A model generated the notes under the pieces. The model was not told the DNA's origin and did no database searches. It saw only the letters and a program-made list of their open reading frames with translations. 36,645 bases of DNA from Jimgerdemannia flammicorona (taxonomy: Eukaryota), in contig RBNJ01000211.1 in the NCBI GenBank assembly GCA_003990765.1, positions 1 to 36,645 of the forward strand, given 5' to 3'. A program made the translations under genes and the position numbers. Positions 35,635 through 36,645 of this stretch are shown in pieces. Within the stretch, counting starts at the first letter, position 1, and each line of letters begins with the position of its first letter.

Positions 35635-36645
35635 GTGTCTCTTTCTCCACTACCTTACCAGTCACAATGGTTTGGTAGACAACCTTCTGAGTCCACTTTC
35701 CACAATTATTACCCCCTCTACCTCAGGTTGGTTTGCTGTACCTGTTGCAGGACAGTGGGAGGGAGACAATGGTGATGAGTTGCCCTTTTATTGATGTCTG
35801 ATCAGTGTTTTCTCCACTTTTTCATGGATTCTGGTACCTTCAGCTATGTCTAGAGTGTATCTGTTTTGGTGCAGCACCTTCTTCCTTTTGCCATTACCAA
35901 TAAGATATTGTCTTGGTACATCATGAGTTACATAGAGAGTCAGCTGACCTTGGGTGTCAAGTGCCCAGTGTAGATTACCTGCAGGTTCTTGGTACCTGTG
36001 ATGAGGCCCTCTGGCTTTGGCAAGCTTCTTGGCAAGTGTGGTTCTGGCATAGGTGACTATTTTTCAGGTATTGTTAAGATGGGAGGGAAGATGGCCATCA
36101 CAGATAGAAGGAAGGGCAATTATGGTAAACCAGTAGGGTGTCAGACTGGGGGCAGTTATCAGGGCTGGAGCAGATGCTGCTTCAGTGGGGCCTTTTGATT
36201 GATGTGGAGTAGTTAGGTAGTAGGTATCACTCTCAGCTTCTTTTGGCGATTCAGCAGATTGAGCCCTGGTCATTAGGGGGAGTTGGGGGGCCTGAGGCTA
36301 CCCATTTAAGACATCTTGGCTGTACTCAACTGGAACTGGGAGCTGATATGGCAATGTGATTAAGGCCCACAAGCTTGAGTAGTGGGGTATTGGGGGTCTC
36401 CTCCTGCCTCACGTGTAAGTCCTTTACTCACCTTAACTAAGAGAACCAGGCCTTTGCAAGAGAAGTTATTGAGGTGGGAGGGGTTGTTGGGAGATCTGCT
36501 GACTGGGTGGTGGGTTGGTTGGGGTCTCCAGGGTGGGCATCGTCACCATCTGGTGGAAGGGATCTGTGAACAGAGTGGTGGGCAGGTAGAGATGATATTA
36601 GACAAGGTGGTCTTTCATCAAGAAGGAGTGGGGAGAGAGGGGGGG
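35635..36645 (-). other. Unrelated, more GC-rich segment truncating E3; minus-strand frame weakly resembling integrase C-terminus/GPY-F/chromodomain
   Basis: Composition shift at ~35635. One frame reads LTTPHQSKGPTE...NRYTLDIAEGTRIHEKV...EVEGVII...LVR*W. Confidence 0.35.

Overview
Eukaryotic, most likely fungal, repeat nest with no host gene. The lineage is inferred from spliceosomal introns and element types and is not identified. An old minus-strand Ty3/gypsy pol (fragments 202-744, 17778-18357, 28432-28735) is interrupted by a young CpG-intact Ty1/copia element (left edge) and by three plus-strand, tRNA-Pro-primed, dUTPase-encoding Ty3/gypsy elements. These are E1 (745-17777, TSD ATAG), E2 (18358-28431, TSD GTAT) and a more divergent, truncated E3 (28736-~35634). 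The E1 integrase is itself interrupted by a 6.4-kb hAT DNA transposon (8433-14860, 8-bp TSD GGAAGAAC). It carries a minus-strand BED-finger transposase and a convergent, intron-containing cargo gene that looks like a TET/JBP-like 2OG-Fe(II) dioxygenase, the most striking observation here. The gypsy elements also carry unexplained accessory parts: a Cys/His-rich insert with a possible F-box-like motif, tandem dUTPase domains, an env-position ORF, and in E3 an ORF inside the LTR. Almost all coding regions are pseudogenised by C>T/G>A decay. All calls come from manual reading and translation; no database search was run.
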